The notes under the pieces: generated by a model
The model's database searches: none
What the model saw: only the letters and a program-made list of their open reading frames with translations
Told to the model about the DNA's origin: nothing
Program-made: the position numbers and the translations under genes
Origin: a bacterium
Lineage (GTDB): Bacteria > Elusimicrobiota > Elusimicrobia > Elusimicrobiales > CAZFMJ01
Length of the DNA: 25,926 nt
Assembly (NCBI GenBank): GCA_043817835.1
Contig: JBDRGJ010000028.1
Span: forward strand, 1-25,926
Reading direction: 5' to 3'
In this document: piece by piece, positions 8,166-17,462 of the stretch
Position numbering within the stretch: position 1 is the stretch's first letter
Layout of the letters: each line of letters starts with the position of its first letter

Positions 8166-9683
8166 TTATCGTTTTCCAAACAAAAATTTGAGCCGTTTCG
8201 GCATAACCTGCATATCTTCTTCATCAATGCCGAAGAGGCGTATAAACGCCAAATATGCAATTCCGGTTACAGCCGCAGATGCCGGCCAGCCGTTTGCAAA
8301 AAACGCGGTTTTAGCGAATAAGCCCACTGCAGTCGACAGGCATGCGGCGGTCAGGGGCTTTAATAGTTTTGCAGTATACGGACCGATCCTGAAAACCAGC
8401 ATAACGCAGGATGCGCAAAAAATATTCATGAATGCAGTGGTCGTGGCTGTGGCCAAAGCCGCGCCGATGATGCCGTATTGAGGGATAAGCAGGAAGCTGA
8501 GCGCGATGTTCATCGCGCATGTCGCCACAGAACTGAAGAAAACGAATTTTGTCCAGCCGGCCATGATGAAGAAATCGCTGGCTGACCCGGTGGCGGCATT
8601 TATGAAAACTCCTGCTGCAATTATTCTCAGAACCGGGGCGCCGCGCGCAAATTCCTGCCCGGCCAGGGCAAGCAATGGTTCGGCAAAAAGAAGGAGTATT
8701 ATCAGAAAAGGTGCAGTGGCTGTTATCACCCATCTTACTTCCGCCTGATAAAGCCTGCGCATAACAGCTGTGTCTTTTTTGCCAAGGGCTTCGGAAAGAA
8801 GCGGGGCAAAAATGGGATTAAATGCGGTCAGGAACAATCCGCAGACAGTGGCCCACCTGAGAGCCATGCCGAATATCCCCACCTCTGCGGGCACAAGAAA
8901 ATGACCGACCATTATGGTGCTCACCCATTCCACCAGGACATACAGCAGATTGCAGGACAGCATCCATGCCGAAAATACCATAAAATTTTTGCTTTCAAGC
9001 GTAAAAGCAAAGGCAGTCCAGGGTAGATTTACCGTTCGCCGCACGAGGTTATATGACAGCCAGCATATCAGGACCGAGGCTATGGCATGGGCGGACAATG
9101 CTCCGCCCAATTTCCATCCAAGGAGCGACAACAGCAGAAAAATCACGATTTTCAGCGAGATGTCCATAAGATGGGCCAGCTTCATGGTGGGAAGCATGTC
9201 CTTCAATCCCTGGGTTATGCTTAAAAACAGGGATGTCAGCACGCCGAAAGGGACGGAGAATGCCACAAGCCGGAAGACCCAGCGAAACTCTTCGTCTTTC
9301 AGCAGTGATGCAGCCAGAGGCGCAGAAAGAAAGACAAGTGCAATTCCGGTCACCAGGGAACATGCAAGACCACACATCACCGCCAAAAAAGCCAGCTTGT
9401 GCCAGGCAGGAAACCCCCGGAGGTTGCCCTCTTTGGAAATATATCTTACAAGCCCCTGGGGGAAACCTAGCGAGCCGACCATAACGCTGATGGAATACAC
9501 GGCCATGGCAAGCCAGAACATCCCCACCCCGCCCGGCCCGAGCAGCAATGCCAGTATCCAGCTGAAGGCAAGCGTGAGGATTTTCCGGGATATGGTGCCG
9601 AAAAGAATAAAGCTCCCGCCTTTTGCGAGGCTTTTCAGGCTGTCATTATCAACAACAGGATTACCGGCGGACATTATGCTCAA
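8166..9683 (-). CDS. wzx: Wzx-type polysaccharide flippase (MOP superfamily)
   Basis: About 12-14 hydrophobic segments; LLGPGGVG, LIPQYGIIGAALAT patterns; 505 aa. Confidence 0.88.
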   Translation of the reverse strand: MSIMSAGNPVVDNDSLKSLAKGGSFILFGTISRKILTLAFSWILALLLGPGGVGMFWLAMAVYSISVMVGSLGFPQGLVRYISKEGNLRGFPAWHKLAFLAVMCGLACSLVTGIALVFLSAPLAASLLKDEEFRWVFRLVAFSVPFGVLTSLFLSITQGLKDMLPTMKLAHLMDISLKIVIFLLLSLLGWKLGGALSAHAIASVLICWLSYNLVRRTVNLPWTAFAFTLESKNFMVFSAWMLSCNLLYVLVEWVSTIMVGHFLVPAEVGIFGMALRWATVCGLFLTAFNPIFAPLLSEALGKKDTAVMRRLYQAEVRWVITATAPFLIILLLFAEPLLALAGQEFARGAPVLRIIAAGVFINAATGSASDFFIMAGWTKFVFFSSVATCAMNIALSFLLIPQYGIIGAALATATTTAFMNIFCASCVMLVFRIGPYTAKLLKPLTAACLSTAVGLFAKTAFFANGWPASAAVTGIAYLAFIRLFGIDEEDMQVMPKRLKFLFGKR

Positions 9684-10342
9684 TGCTGTTTATGGGCCCG
9701 GATAACCACGGAAGACGAGAAAAATTCCCGGTTCAGTCTGGAGCCCAGAATATTTTTTATCCGTTCTTTCATTCCCCGCAGCAGAGTCGGTCGGACCCAT
9801 TCAAAAAGATTATATTCTTCAATGGGTCCGAATCCTGACTGTTCAAGAATCCCCCTGAGGTCGGAGAATGTAAAATATTGGGTGTGCCCGCCGGAATATG
9901 AGCCTGAATCGTCCGAAGTCTTTGGAAAACGCCCCGATGCCACGAGTTTAAACACATGGCGGACATGCCGGATATTCGGCGTGGTCATTATCAATACGCC
10001 GGTTGGTTTCAATACCCGGGCGCATTCTCTCGCCAGGTGCGGAGGTTCTTTGATGTGCTCGATTATGTCGGTTGCCGTCACTGCATCAAAAAAATCATTT
10101 TCATGCGGCAACCCTGCGGTGTCGATATCAAGCCGGGAAATCTTAATGCCGCGCGCCGAGGCAGCTTCCAGGGCTTTTGAATCGCAATCTGTCCCATAAA
10201 ATTCAGCAAAACGGTTTTCGAGCATTGCCATAAGCTTTCCGCTGCCGCAACCCACATCCAGCAATCGCCGGCCGTTCCCGACCAACTGAGCCGCGGCCGT
10301 CAGCCGGAGCGGGATATCTTCTGTCTTTAGAATTTGACTCAT
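9680..10342 (-). CDS. Class I SAM-dependent methyltransferase
   Basis: LLDVGCGSG; FFDAVTATDIIEH; LIMTTPN. Confidence 0.9.
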   Translation of the reverse strand: MSQILKTEDIPLRLTAAAQLVGNGRRLLDVGCGSGKLMAMLENRFAEFYGTDCDSKALEAASARGIKISRLDIDTAGLPHENDFFDAVTATDIIEHIKEPPHLARECARVLKPTGVLIMTTPNIRHVRHVFKLVASGRFPKTSDDSGSYSGGHTQYFTFSDLRGILEQSGFGPIEEYNLFEWVRPTLLRGMKERIKNILGSRLNREFFSSSVVIRAHKQH

Positions 10343-10353
10343 AAGCCCGATAG

Positions 10354-11088
10354 TCAGTTCCAGCGCTTGCTGCGGATGACAAAATATACGAGAGACACAA
10401 AAAAGTTAACGGATTTTATCGCAGAGCTTGCGACGAGAAAGAGGCCCAGGTGTCCGGTAAAAGCGGTAAGAGGAAACAGGAAATCATGGGCGATGAGTTC
10501 GGTGAGGTTCCTATAAACCGTATATGTCGTGGTGGCGGTAAGTCCGGAGCTGCCACCTGCAATATTTCCTTCATCTTTTTGGATATTCTGCGCGGACACA
10601 AGGGAGAAATAATCGTAGCAGAGCTCGATATGCGCGCCAAGCATTTCGAAGAGCAAGGCGGCCATGCCTGCCCATAAAAACAGCGGATGTTCTCCCATTC
10701 TGTAAAGACCTACCCCTGCGGCAAGATAGGCGGCATAATAGGGATACCCGGCAATGCTGTCCAGGAATGCGCCTCTTTTTGAAGGCACGGGATTCATGCG
10801 CGCCAGGTTGCCGTCTATGCAGTCCGCAAGATTGAAAAAAGAAATCAGCAATCCGCCGGCTATCAGATAATGCCTGGTACCCTGCGCGAGCAGTATACAT
10901 CCGGCAAGGCTTATCAGAACAGTCAAAAATGTAACCTGATTGGGAGTAAGACCGGCCTTTGCCGCGAGCCAGGTCAGCGGGAATGAAATAGGTCTCAGTA
11001 TGTAATAGTCATACGGATACTTTTTTTCCCACGCCCGTTTCTGGGGAGTATAGGAAGCCAGGATTTTATTCCACAAGCCGGCGTTCAT
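10354..11088 (-). CDS. CDP-alcohol phosphotransferase family protein (fourth conserved Asp replaced by Gly)
   Basis: TPNQVT; DCIDGNLAR...RGAFLDSIAG. Confidence 0.88.
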   Translation of the reverse strand: MNAGLWNKILASYTPQKRAWEKKYPYDYYILRPISFPLTWLAAKAGLTPNQVTFLTVLISLAGCILLAQGTRHYLIAGGLLISFFNLADCIDGNLARMNPVPSKRGAFLDSIAGYPYYAAYLAAGVGLYRMGEHPLFLWAGMAALLFEMLGAHIELCYDYFSLVSAQNIQKDEGNIAGGSSGLTATTTYTVYRNLTELIAHDFLFPLTAFTGHLGLFLVASSAIKSVNFFVSLVYFVIRSKRWN

Positions 11089-11102
11089 TGAAAACCCCCC
11101 GG

Positions 11103-11124
11103 CCCAAATTTTTCAAAATTTGGG
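11103..11124. other. Perfect 10-bp inverted repeat (possible terminator or operator)
   Basis: cccaaatttt-tc-aaaatttggg in the spacer between the two CDP-alcohol phosphotransferase genes. Confidence 0.5.
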
Positions 11125-11192
11125 AGGGATGAAGTGTTAGGTATGAGGTCTGAAAAGTTGTTTTGAATGTTTTTTTCTTCATGTTTCATGCT

Positions 11193-12131
11193 TTATACTT
11201 CAACCGCCGAATTACAGGCTAAGAAATCACGATCTGCCTTAAGCTGGCGCCGCCATGCCAGAAGATAAAAAGGAGCGGCGCAGATATATGCCAAAGGAAG
11301 ATAAAGCATCTTGTCCGCAAGGGCGAAAATCAGAAGGATTATGGCAAATCCCCCCATACCCATGAATCGCCAGATGTTAAGGGGTGCAATCTGGGTTTCG
11401 TAGTATCTGCTCGGCCGGACAGGGGCGCCCCAGCGGCTTCCCCCGTTGCGCAGGCGTGAGGGATTTGTCGCCCGGATCATCAGCCACACGATGCCAAGCC
11501 GGAACAGATAATAGGCAAGAATCAATTTCGGAACGGCGTATTTAAGTGTCCATGGTCTTTTGCCTGACATTTCCCTTATTCCGCTGATATGTCGGAGAAG
11601 CTCCCGGGGCGTTCTTCCTTTTCTGACAGCGGCATATTCCATGCAGTAGAAATACTGGCCGCAGGTTGCCAGAAGGACCATGGCAAGAGCCGCAAATATG
11701 AGGCAGGCTGTGAAAAGCATTCCCGCGGCGCCAACAAGATTCCAGGCGATGGCAATTGTTATAAGGGCTATTTTGGCGTCGTCCGTTGTATGGTCGAAAA
11801 TATCGCCCCATTCCGAGGTCATATTCTTGGCCCGCGCAAGCTGGCCGTCAACGCAGTCGACCACGATGGAAAACTGAAGCAGAACCGCGCCGAAAACGGT
11901 TAAAGCATATGTGTTGTAAGTCATAAACCATATTGAAATAAGCCCCAGAACAACGGAAGCCAGGGTGACCTGGTTCGGCGTAACCGGGGTGTTAATAAGC
12001 CATCCGACCATTACGGAGGCCAGGGGCCTGTTTATATATTCATCCCCCGCATCGTCTAACACGGGCAGCAGGGGCAATTCCTTATTTTGCATCAATATCA
12101 TTTTTATCAGGTAGACTGCGGCTGTTGTCAC
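11193..12131 (-). CDS. CDP-alcohol phosphotransferase family protein (complete motif)
   Basis: TPNQVT; DCVDGQLAR...WGDIFDHTTD; start uncertain (GTG 12131, ATG 12101 or 12092). Confidence 0.88.
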   Translation of the reverse strand: MTTAAVYLIKMILMQNKELPLLPVLDDAGDEYINRPLASVMVGWLINTPVTPNQVTLASVVLGLISIWFMTYNTYALTVFGAVLLQFSIVVDCVDGQLARAKNMTSEWGDIFDHTTDDAKIALITIAIAWNLVGAAGMLFTACLIFAALAMVLLATCGQYFYCMEYAAVRKGRTPRELLRHISGIREMSGKRPWTLKYAVPKLILAYYLFRLGIVWLMIRATNPSRLRNGGSRWGAPVRPSRYYETQIAPLNIWRFMGMGGFAIILLIFALADKMLYLPLAYICAAPFYLLAWRRQLKADRDFLACNSAVEV

Positions 12132-12156
12132 GCATGCAGAATCCTAAGCAACCAAG

Positions 12157-12542
12157 TTATATTATTAAAAGTTCATGCGGGAAACAAACAGGTGGTTTAA
12201 ACCTTAGTTCTGACTCCGTATGAGCGGAAAAAGTTTTGCCGAAATAATTCATGGCGCATAAATAAGTGTCGCCAGCGGAGGACAGCGCGCGGAATAGGCG
12301 TCCCCGTCTCCTGCCAGGCTTTTTGCGTTGTTTAAGCATTCATAGCTGTCAAAATAATTGACATTAAGCAGGCAGGCGAAGTGAAGAAAATAAATCATGA
12401 GTCCGCTGAAAAGCAAAGCGCTCACTGCGGCAGAAACGGATAAAATCCGCCGGATAAATTTTTGCCCGGGATCTTCGGATTCCAAGCCGCAATTTTTATC
12501 TTCTGCTTCTGTGTTCACGGGATTATTATATAATTTCTGCAA
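12157..12542 (-). pseudogene. Probable remnant of a GT-C/ArnT-like membrane glycosyltransferase 5' end
   Basis: One TM segment followed by YFDSYECLNNAKSLAG...RCPPL, resembling the first loop of GT-C enzymes; stops at 12249, with an overlapping shifted frame running to 12157. Confidence 0.4.
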
Positions 12543-12586
12543 TAATTTGATTTTTATGGTTTGCCGGGTAAATACAATGCCGGGGA

Positions 12587-13987
12587 ATGGTATTTATGCT
12601 GAAATCCTTGAGTGACGAAAATTATACGTTTCTGCTGATAGCGCTGGCAGTTTTGGTCAGGGTTACGGCTTTTGTCGGATTAAACGGCGGGTATGACGAT
12701 ATTGCGTATGCAAACATAGCATGGCAGATAGCGCATGGAGTTTTTAGCTGGACCGACTCCATAGACCATTACGGCAGCCGCTATATGGTCATACTGCCGG
12801 CGGCACTGTCTTATAAGTTTTTCGGATTCGGGGACTATTCTTCCGCACTTTTTCCTTTTCTCTGCTCCATAGCCCAGCCGGTTATGCTCTGGAAGATTCT
12901 CATTGGAATGAATTTAAGCCGTGAGGGGAGGTGGGCCGCGCTGTTTCTGGCGATATTTCCGGTCAATGTAATATACGGGACCATGCTTTATCCGAATGAG
13001 ATAACAGCATGTTTGGTAACGGCAGCGGCATTGATGTTTTTAAAGCAAAAAAATTCGCATCTTTTCACAAGCGGGGTTTTTCTGGCGCTTGCCGCGCTTA
13101 CCTATGCGCCGAGCATCGTCCTCGCCTCGGTTTTTATCCTGTACAGGGGCGCCCATCCGGGGGACAGGCGGAAACTTGCGGTATCATGGTGCGCGGGTTT
13201 TGCGGCCGTAATAGCGGCGGAAATGCTGTTTTCATATCTTTTGACGGGACAATGGTTTTGGCACGTAAAGAGCCTGTACAATGCCATGGAAGCATTTAAA
13301 AACTTCACGGAGTACAGCCTTTGGATTTATCCCAAAGCCATGTTTGCCGGCAATCTTTATGGATTGTCGTTATTCGGGATGTATTACCCGCTGACGATGG
13401 CAGCCATAGCGCTGATAACAGTAAGGGGAGAGCTTGAAAAAATCCTGTTCCCGCTTTCATGGCTGGCGATTCTGTTCGCAGTCCATGAGTTCGGAAGCAA
13501 AAGCCTGATAAGATTTGACGAGATATACAAACAGCTCCGTTTTCTTACCGTGCTTTCGGCTCCGGCATGCTGGATACTCGGACATGCTGCCGGGATATTA
13601 TGGCGGGAGCACCGAAGAAAAACAGTTTTGTCGGCCTGTTTTCTGCTTTTTGCAACTTCCATTACCGGGGTTCACTGCATGCGCAGATACCGCATAAACG
13701 GAATGACGCAATGGAAAGAGGCCGCGGCATTTCTGGAAAGCGTCCCGGAGCTGCCGCTGTGGACCGACGCACATGCGGACAGCCTGAAGCTTAATACGCT
13801 GATGGAAAGGAATCGTCTCTGCTCTTACTATGAGGTTGACCCGGCCGACCCGGCATGCGCCAGACCGTTGAAAGAGATGGATGTGGTTCTGCGGACCAAG
13901 GGATATCTGGTAACGTTCAGAAAACTCAAGGCTGTGCCGGAAAGAGTTTTTGCCGGCGGCCTTGCAGCATACCGGCTTCCTCTTTGA
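12587..13987 (+). CDS. ArnT/PMT-like (GT-C, family 39/83-like) membrane glycosyltransferase
   Basis: GYDDIAYANIA acidic first-loop motif, multiple TM helices, YPNE, KQLRFL; the only supported plus-strand gene. Confidence 0.8.
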   Translation: MVFMLKSLSDENYTFLLIALAVLVRVTAFVGLNGGYDDIAYANIAWQIAHGVFSWTDSIDHYGSRYMVILPAALSYKFFGFGDYSSALFPFLCSIAQPVMLWKILIGMNLSREGRWAALFLAIFPVNVIYGTMLYPNEITACLVTAAALMFLKQKNSHLFTSGVFLALAALTYAPSIVLASVFILYRGAHPGDRRKLAVSWCAGFAAVIAAEMLFSYLLTGQWFWHVKSLYNAMEAFKNFTEYSLWIYPKAMFAGNLYGLSLFGMYYPLTMAAIALITVRGELEKILFPLSWLAILFAVHEFGSKSLIRFDEIYKQLRFLTVLSAPACWILGHAAGILWREHRRKTVLSACFLLFATSITGVHCMRRYRINGMTQWKEAAAFLESVPELPLWTDAHADSLKLNTLMERNRLCSYYEVDPADPACARPLKEMDVVLRTKGYLVTFRKLKAVPERVFAGGLAAYRLPL

Positions 13988-15383
13988 ATTTTTCAGGGTT
14001 GTCCGCCGGAACAACCGGGATGGATGCGGCATACCGCCTTGCGACTATCGCCGCAAGCAGCCAGAACGGCTCCATCACGCGGACTATGATGAACGTGTTC
14101 ACGCCCAGAGTCTGGACAAAAAGGGCGATAAGCAGGATGCACAGGGCAAAGCCAAGCGCTTTGTCGGTGTCGTTCCCGGGATTTCTGTAAAGACCGGCGC
14201 CTGTTTTCCAGATGCGCAAAAGCATCCACAGGAAAAGCGACAGGCCAAGCAATCCTGTCTCCCCCAGGACCAGCGGGATCTGGGAGTCGACAATGCCCAC
14301 TCCCGGGACGCCCCACCCCAGCAGGGGATGTATTGGGAATTTTTCGAAAAATATCCTTTGCCATGCCAGCACCCTGGCAGCGGCCGAAGACTCCAGCTTG
14401 ATTTCCGCACCCGGGCCGACATGGAACGTCACGCGCACGCGTTCTTTGGTCTGAAAGGTAAAAAGCACACGTTCCTGTATCGTGTCTTTTATGACCGGGG
14501 AAACCACTGCAATGCCTATTGTCATGCACAGGATAACCGCGGCAAGATGTATTTTTTTGCGGCCGGTCATGACAATGGCTGATACCGTCATCGCGGCGAA
14601 AGCCAGATAAGACGTCCTGGAAAGAGTGAGCATGAAAAGAGGAGCAATGAGCACGAACGAAATGATGCTGAGTTTTGAAACACGCCCTTTGACCTGGGTA
14701 TAGAAGCCCAGGAGCACTGCCATCACAATCAGATAATATCCGCCGGCAGTGGCCGGCTCGCCCCAGGATTTCTGGCCCATCGGCGATTCAAAAGGAAGGG
14801 CCACCCTGAAACCACCTCCCAGGATAAAATACTGCGTTGCGCCGTACGCGATAACGACGGCTGCCGTTATGGCCCCGCAGATGAGGTAGGCCCTGATGTT
14901 TTTTTCATTTTCGATAATGTTTGCGGCCAGCAGGAAAAGCATGAAGTACTCGATGTATTTGAGCACATAAAAAAAACTTTCGGCAAAATGCAGCCTTCCC
15001 GAAACGATGCCCAGAGAGGTCGACAAAACGCATACTGTGATGTAAAGGAATATCGGCAGATTGACCGGGGTGGAAAAGAAGAAGGCCGTCTCTTTTTTTA
15101 TGGCGCTTCTCGCGAGCCATGAGAAAAAGACCACAAGCACCAGGATGTCGTCGTAGCGGATGACGACGTCCCGGTATCCAGTGCGGCCCAGGCCGATTTC
15201 AGGGGACAACAGCATCGAAAACACAAGTATCCCGAGGCCTGTTTTAGGCGAAAAAAAGGTGAGCAGGGCTGCCGTTCCACCCAGAAACACCAAGAGCGTC
15301 CCCGCGGACGGAGCAGAAACAGCGACTCTGCCCATTAAAATGGAAAGAAAGGCAGCGGCGATAAATAAAAGAAGGCGCGGCAT
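13926..15383 (-). CDS. O-antigen ligase/Wzy polymerase family protein
   Basis: About 12 TM segments; TLSRTSYLA; periplasmic loop SAAARVLAWQ..HPLLGWG; follows wza-wzc. Confidence 0.85.
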   Translation of the reverse strand: MPRLLLFIAAAFLSILMGRVAVSAPSAGTLLVFLGGTAALLTFFSPKTGLGILVFSMLLSPEIGLGRTGYRDVVIRYDDILVLVVFFSWLARSAIKKETAFFFSTPVNLPIFLYITVCVLSTSLGIVSGRLHFAESFFYVLKYIEYFMLFLLAANIIENEKNIRAYLICGAITAAVVIAYGATQYFILGGGFRVALPFESPMGQKSWGEPATAGGYYLIVMAVLLGFYTQVKGRVSKLSIISFVLIAPLFMLTLSRTSYLAFAAMTVSAIVMTGRKKIHLAAVILCMTIGIAVVSPVIKDTIQERVLFTFQTKERVRVTFHVGPGAEIKLESSAAARVLAWQRIFFEKFPIHPLLGWGVPGVGIVDSQIPLVLGETGLLGLSLFLWMLLRIWKTGAGLYRNPGNDTDKALGFALCILLIALFVQTLGVNTFIIVRVMEPFWLLAAIVARRYAASIPVVPADNPEKFKEEAGMLQGRRQKLFPAQP

Positions 15384-15412
15384 GGAGAGAAAATCAAAGA
15401 GACAACAGCTGA

Positions 15413-17308
15413 TCAGCCGTTTGGCTTTTTCAGCTCATCAGGCTGAGAGTACTGTCCATAATCGTAGTAATAGCCGTAGTAGGGGCCGATTTCCGAAGTC
15501 TTCATTCCGTTGAGCACTATGCCTATCATGTTTGCCCTGCCGGCGACAACCTGTTCCTTGGCCCTGCGCAGGGCCCCACGCGCCATTTTGCCCGCCTTGT
15601 AGACCAGAACGACCCCGTCCGCGTGCCGCGAAACTATCACCGAGTCCACAAACAGCAGGACAGGCGTACAGTCCAGTATCACCAGATCGAAGCTTTCCCG
15701 CCACGCCCTCTCCAGGTCCTTCCAGAGCCCCGAGTCCAGGGTATTGACCACATTCGGGACCGGCATCCCCGCGGGTATTATCTTCATGTTGTCGATGCCG
15801 GGGAAGCGGATAAGATGGTCCGGGTTGAATTCTCCCATGATGAAATCCGAACTGCTGGTCAGTGTGTCTTCCCACTTAGCCGCACCGGAAAGTATGTCGC
15901 TGAATCCCGGCTGGCGCCGCAGCCCGAATATGTCATGCAGGGACGGGCGGCGCATATCGGCATCCACCAGCAGGACCCGCAGGCCGGCGTGCGCCGCCGA
16001 TATGGCGAAATTGACGGCTGTCAGGGTTTTCCCTTCGGCTGAACCGGCTGAGCTGAAAACAAGGACCGAACTCTCCTTCGACCCCAGATGGGAAGCGATG
16101 TTGGAGCGCAGGCTGTGATAGGATTCTATTACAGGGGATTTGGAACTGTGGGTGAAAACAAGGACCTGCCTGAAGGAGTCCATGTTGTAGCGCGGCTTTT
16201 TGAATATGTCCATCAGCCAGTTTTCCATATACTTCGGGCTGTGCATATGGGGGATTACGCCCAGCACGGGGAGTTCGGTCAGGCGCTCTATTTCCTCTAT
16301 GGTGCTTATGGAGACGTCCAGATTCTCCAGAAAAAAAGCCAGAGCTATGCCGAGGAAAAGCCCCAGGATGCTTCCCATGGTGAAATTCAGCCATTTCACC
16401 GGGGAAACCGGAGCTTCCGGGGGGACCGCCCTGCTTACCACGCTTACGAAGGACACCACCGAAGCCAGGACTATCTTTGCTTCCTCATACTGACGGTTAA
16501 GCGTCGTGTAAAGACTTTCATTAATGCGCAATTCCCGAGTAAGCCGCACAAGCTCGGTTTCCTGGGCAGGCAGTTCCCCCAATTTGGACTGTATGGTCTG
16601 TATCCGCTGGTCCATTTCAATGACATTGGGGTGGTTCTGGGTGTATTTTTCCAGCAGATTTTTTCTCTTTGTCTCCAGGTCTATCAATTGGCTGGAAAGA
16701 GCGCTCCCCAGCCCTGTCCCGGGGTTCTGCTCGAGGAAGTTCTGCCGCGCCCTTTCTATGGAACGCAGGGACTCTTCCACCTCGTTCTTGCGCGCGGCCA
16801 CGTCTTCCAGCGTTTTTTTTGCCTGCCGGCTTCTTTCTTCAAGGTCATGGGCCATATAGGCCTCGACCACGGCATTTACAATGTCTGCTGCCAGCAGCGG
16901 GTTTTCAGCTGAAGCGGAAATGGTTATCAGGTTTGAGCCTTCTTCCCGCGCGGGCTTGTAGGATGCGGCGGTCCTTGCGGAGGCTTTGTGTATATCTTCC
17001 GGCGAGGAGGCTTCGGTTATCCATCCAAGATGCCGGGCGGCTTTTTCGGCGATGTCCACCGACTGGATTATGCGTATTTCAGTTGCCACCATACCCCAGG
17101 GGTCCCAGGTGGTTACATCCGCCCCGGGAATCTTGGAATAAGAGGGGGGCGGCTGGATTCGCACCATGGCCTGGCTTCTGTATACGGTGGGTTGGAGGCG
17201 GGTATAGAAAGCGGTGGAGAAAAGGGTCCCGGAGAAAGCCAGCAGTACGGCCCACCTGCGCCGTTTTATCACCCGCCAGTAGTCATGAAGGGTAAGTTCG
17301 GGAGTCAT
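15413..17308 (-). CDS. wzc: Wzc/GumC-like polysaccharide co-polymerase tyrosine autokinase
   Basis: Two TM segments flanking a coiled periplasmic domain; ESYHSLRSN; Walker A SAGSAEGKT; VDADMRRP; C-terminal Tyr cluster YYGYYYDYGQY. Confidence 0.93.
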   Translation of the reverse strand: MTPELTLHDYWRVIKRRRWAVLLAFSGTLFSTAFYTRLQPTVYRSQAMVRIQPPPSYSKIPGADVTTWDPWGMVATEIRIIQSVDIAEKAARHLGWITEASSPEDIHKASARTAASYKPAREEGSNLITISASAENPLLAADIVNAVVEAYMAHDLEERSRQAKKTLEDVAARKNEVEESLRSIERARQNFLEQNPGTGLGSALSSQLIDLETKRKNLLEKYTQNHPNVIEMDQRIQTIQSKLGELPAQETELVRLTRELRINESLYTTLNRQYEEAKIVLASVVSFVSVVSRAVPPEAPVSPVKWLNFTMGSILGLFLGIALAFFLENLDVSISTIEEIERLTELPVLGVIPHMHSPKYMENWLMDIFKKPRYNMDSFRQVLVFTHSSKSPVIESYHSLRSNIASHLGSKESSVLVFSSAGSAEGKTLTAVNFAISAAHAGLRVLLVDADMRRPSLHDIFGLRRQPGFSDILSGAAKWEDTLTSSSDFIMGEFNPDHLIRFPGIDNMKIIPAGMPVPNVVNTLDSGLWKDLERAWRESFDLVILDCTPVLLFVDSVIVSRHADGVVLVYKAGKMARGALRRAKEQVVAGRANMIGIVLNGMKTSEIGPYYGYYYDYGQYSQPDELKKPNG

Positions 17309-17330
17309 TGTAAAAGACTAGTTTACTGCT

Positions 17331-17462
17331 CAGGCTTTTAGGCTGTAGACAGTCAGGCTATTTGGCCAGTAGGCGGGTAAGCTTGTGGGCGCTGAAAAGC
17401 ATACCGGCTTACCCGCTTACAAGCATACCAGCTTACAGTCTAAACAACCTGAACAGCTGCCT
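17331..17462. repeat. Fold-back array of degenerate 8-mers in the wza-wzc spacer
   Basis: ggctttta/ggctgta/ggctattt/ggccagta/ggcgggta ... cttacccg/cttacaag/cataccag/cttacagt; core stem gcgggtaagc (17372-17381)/gcttacccgc (17407-17416). Confidence 0.6.

Noticed and set aside
17371-17382. ops/JUMPstart-like ggcgggtaagc
   Set aside because: Imperfect match, on the strand opposite to the genes, and explained as a hairpin arm
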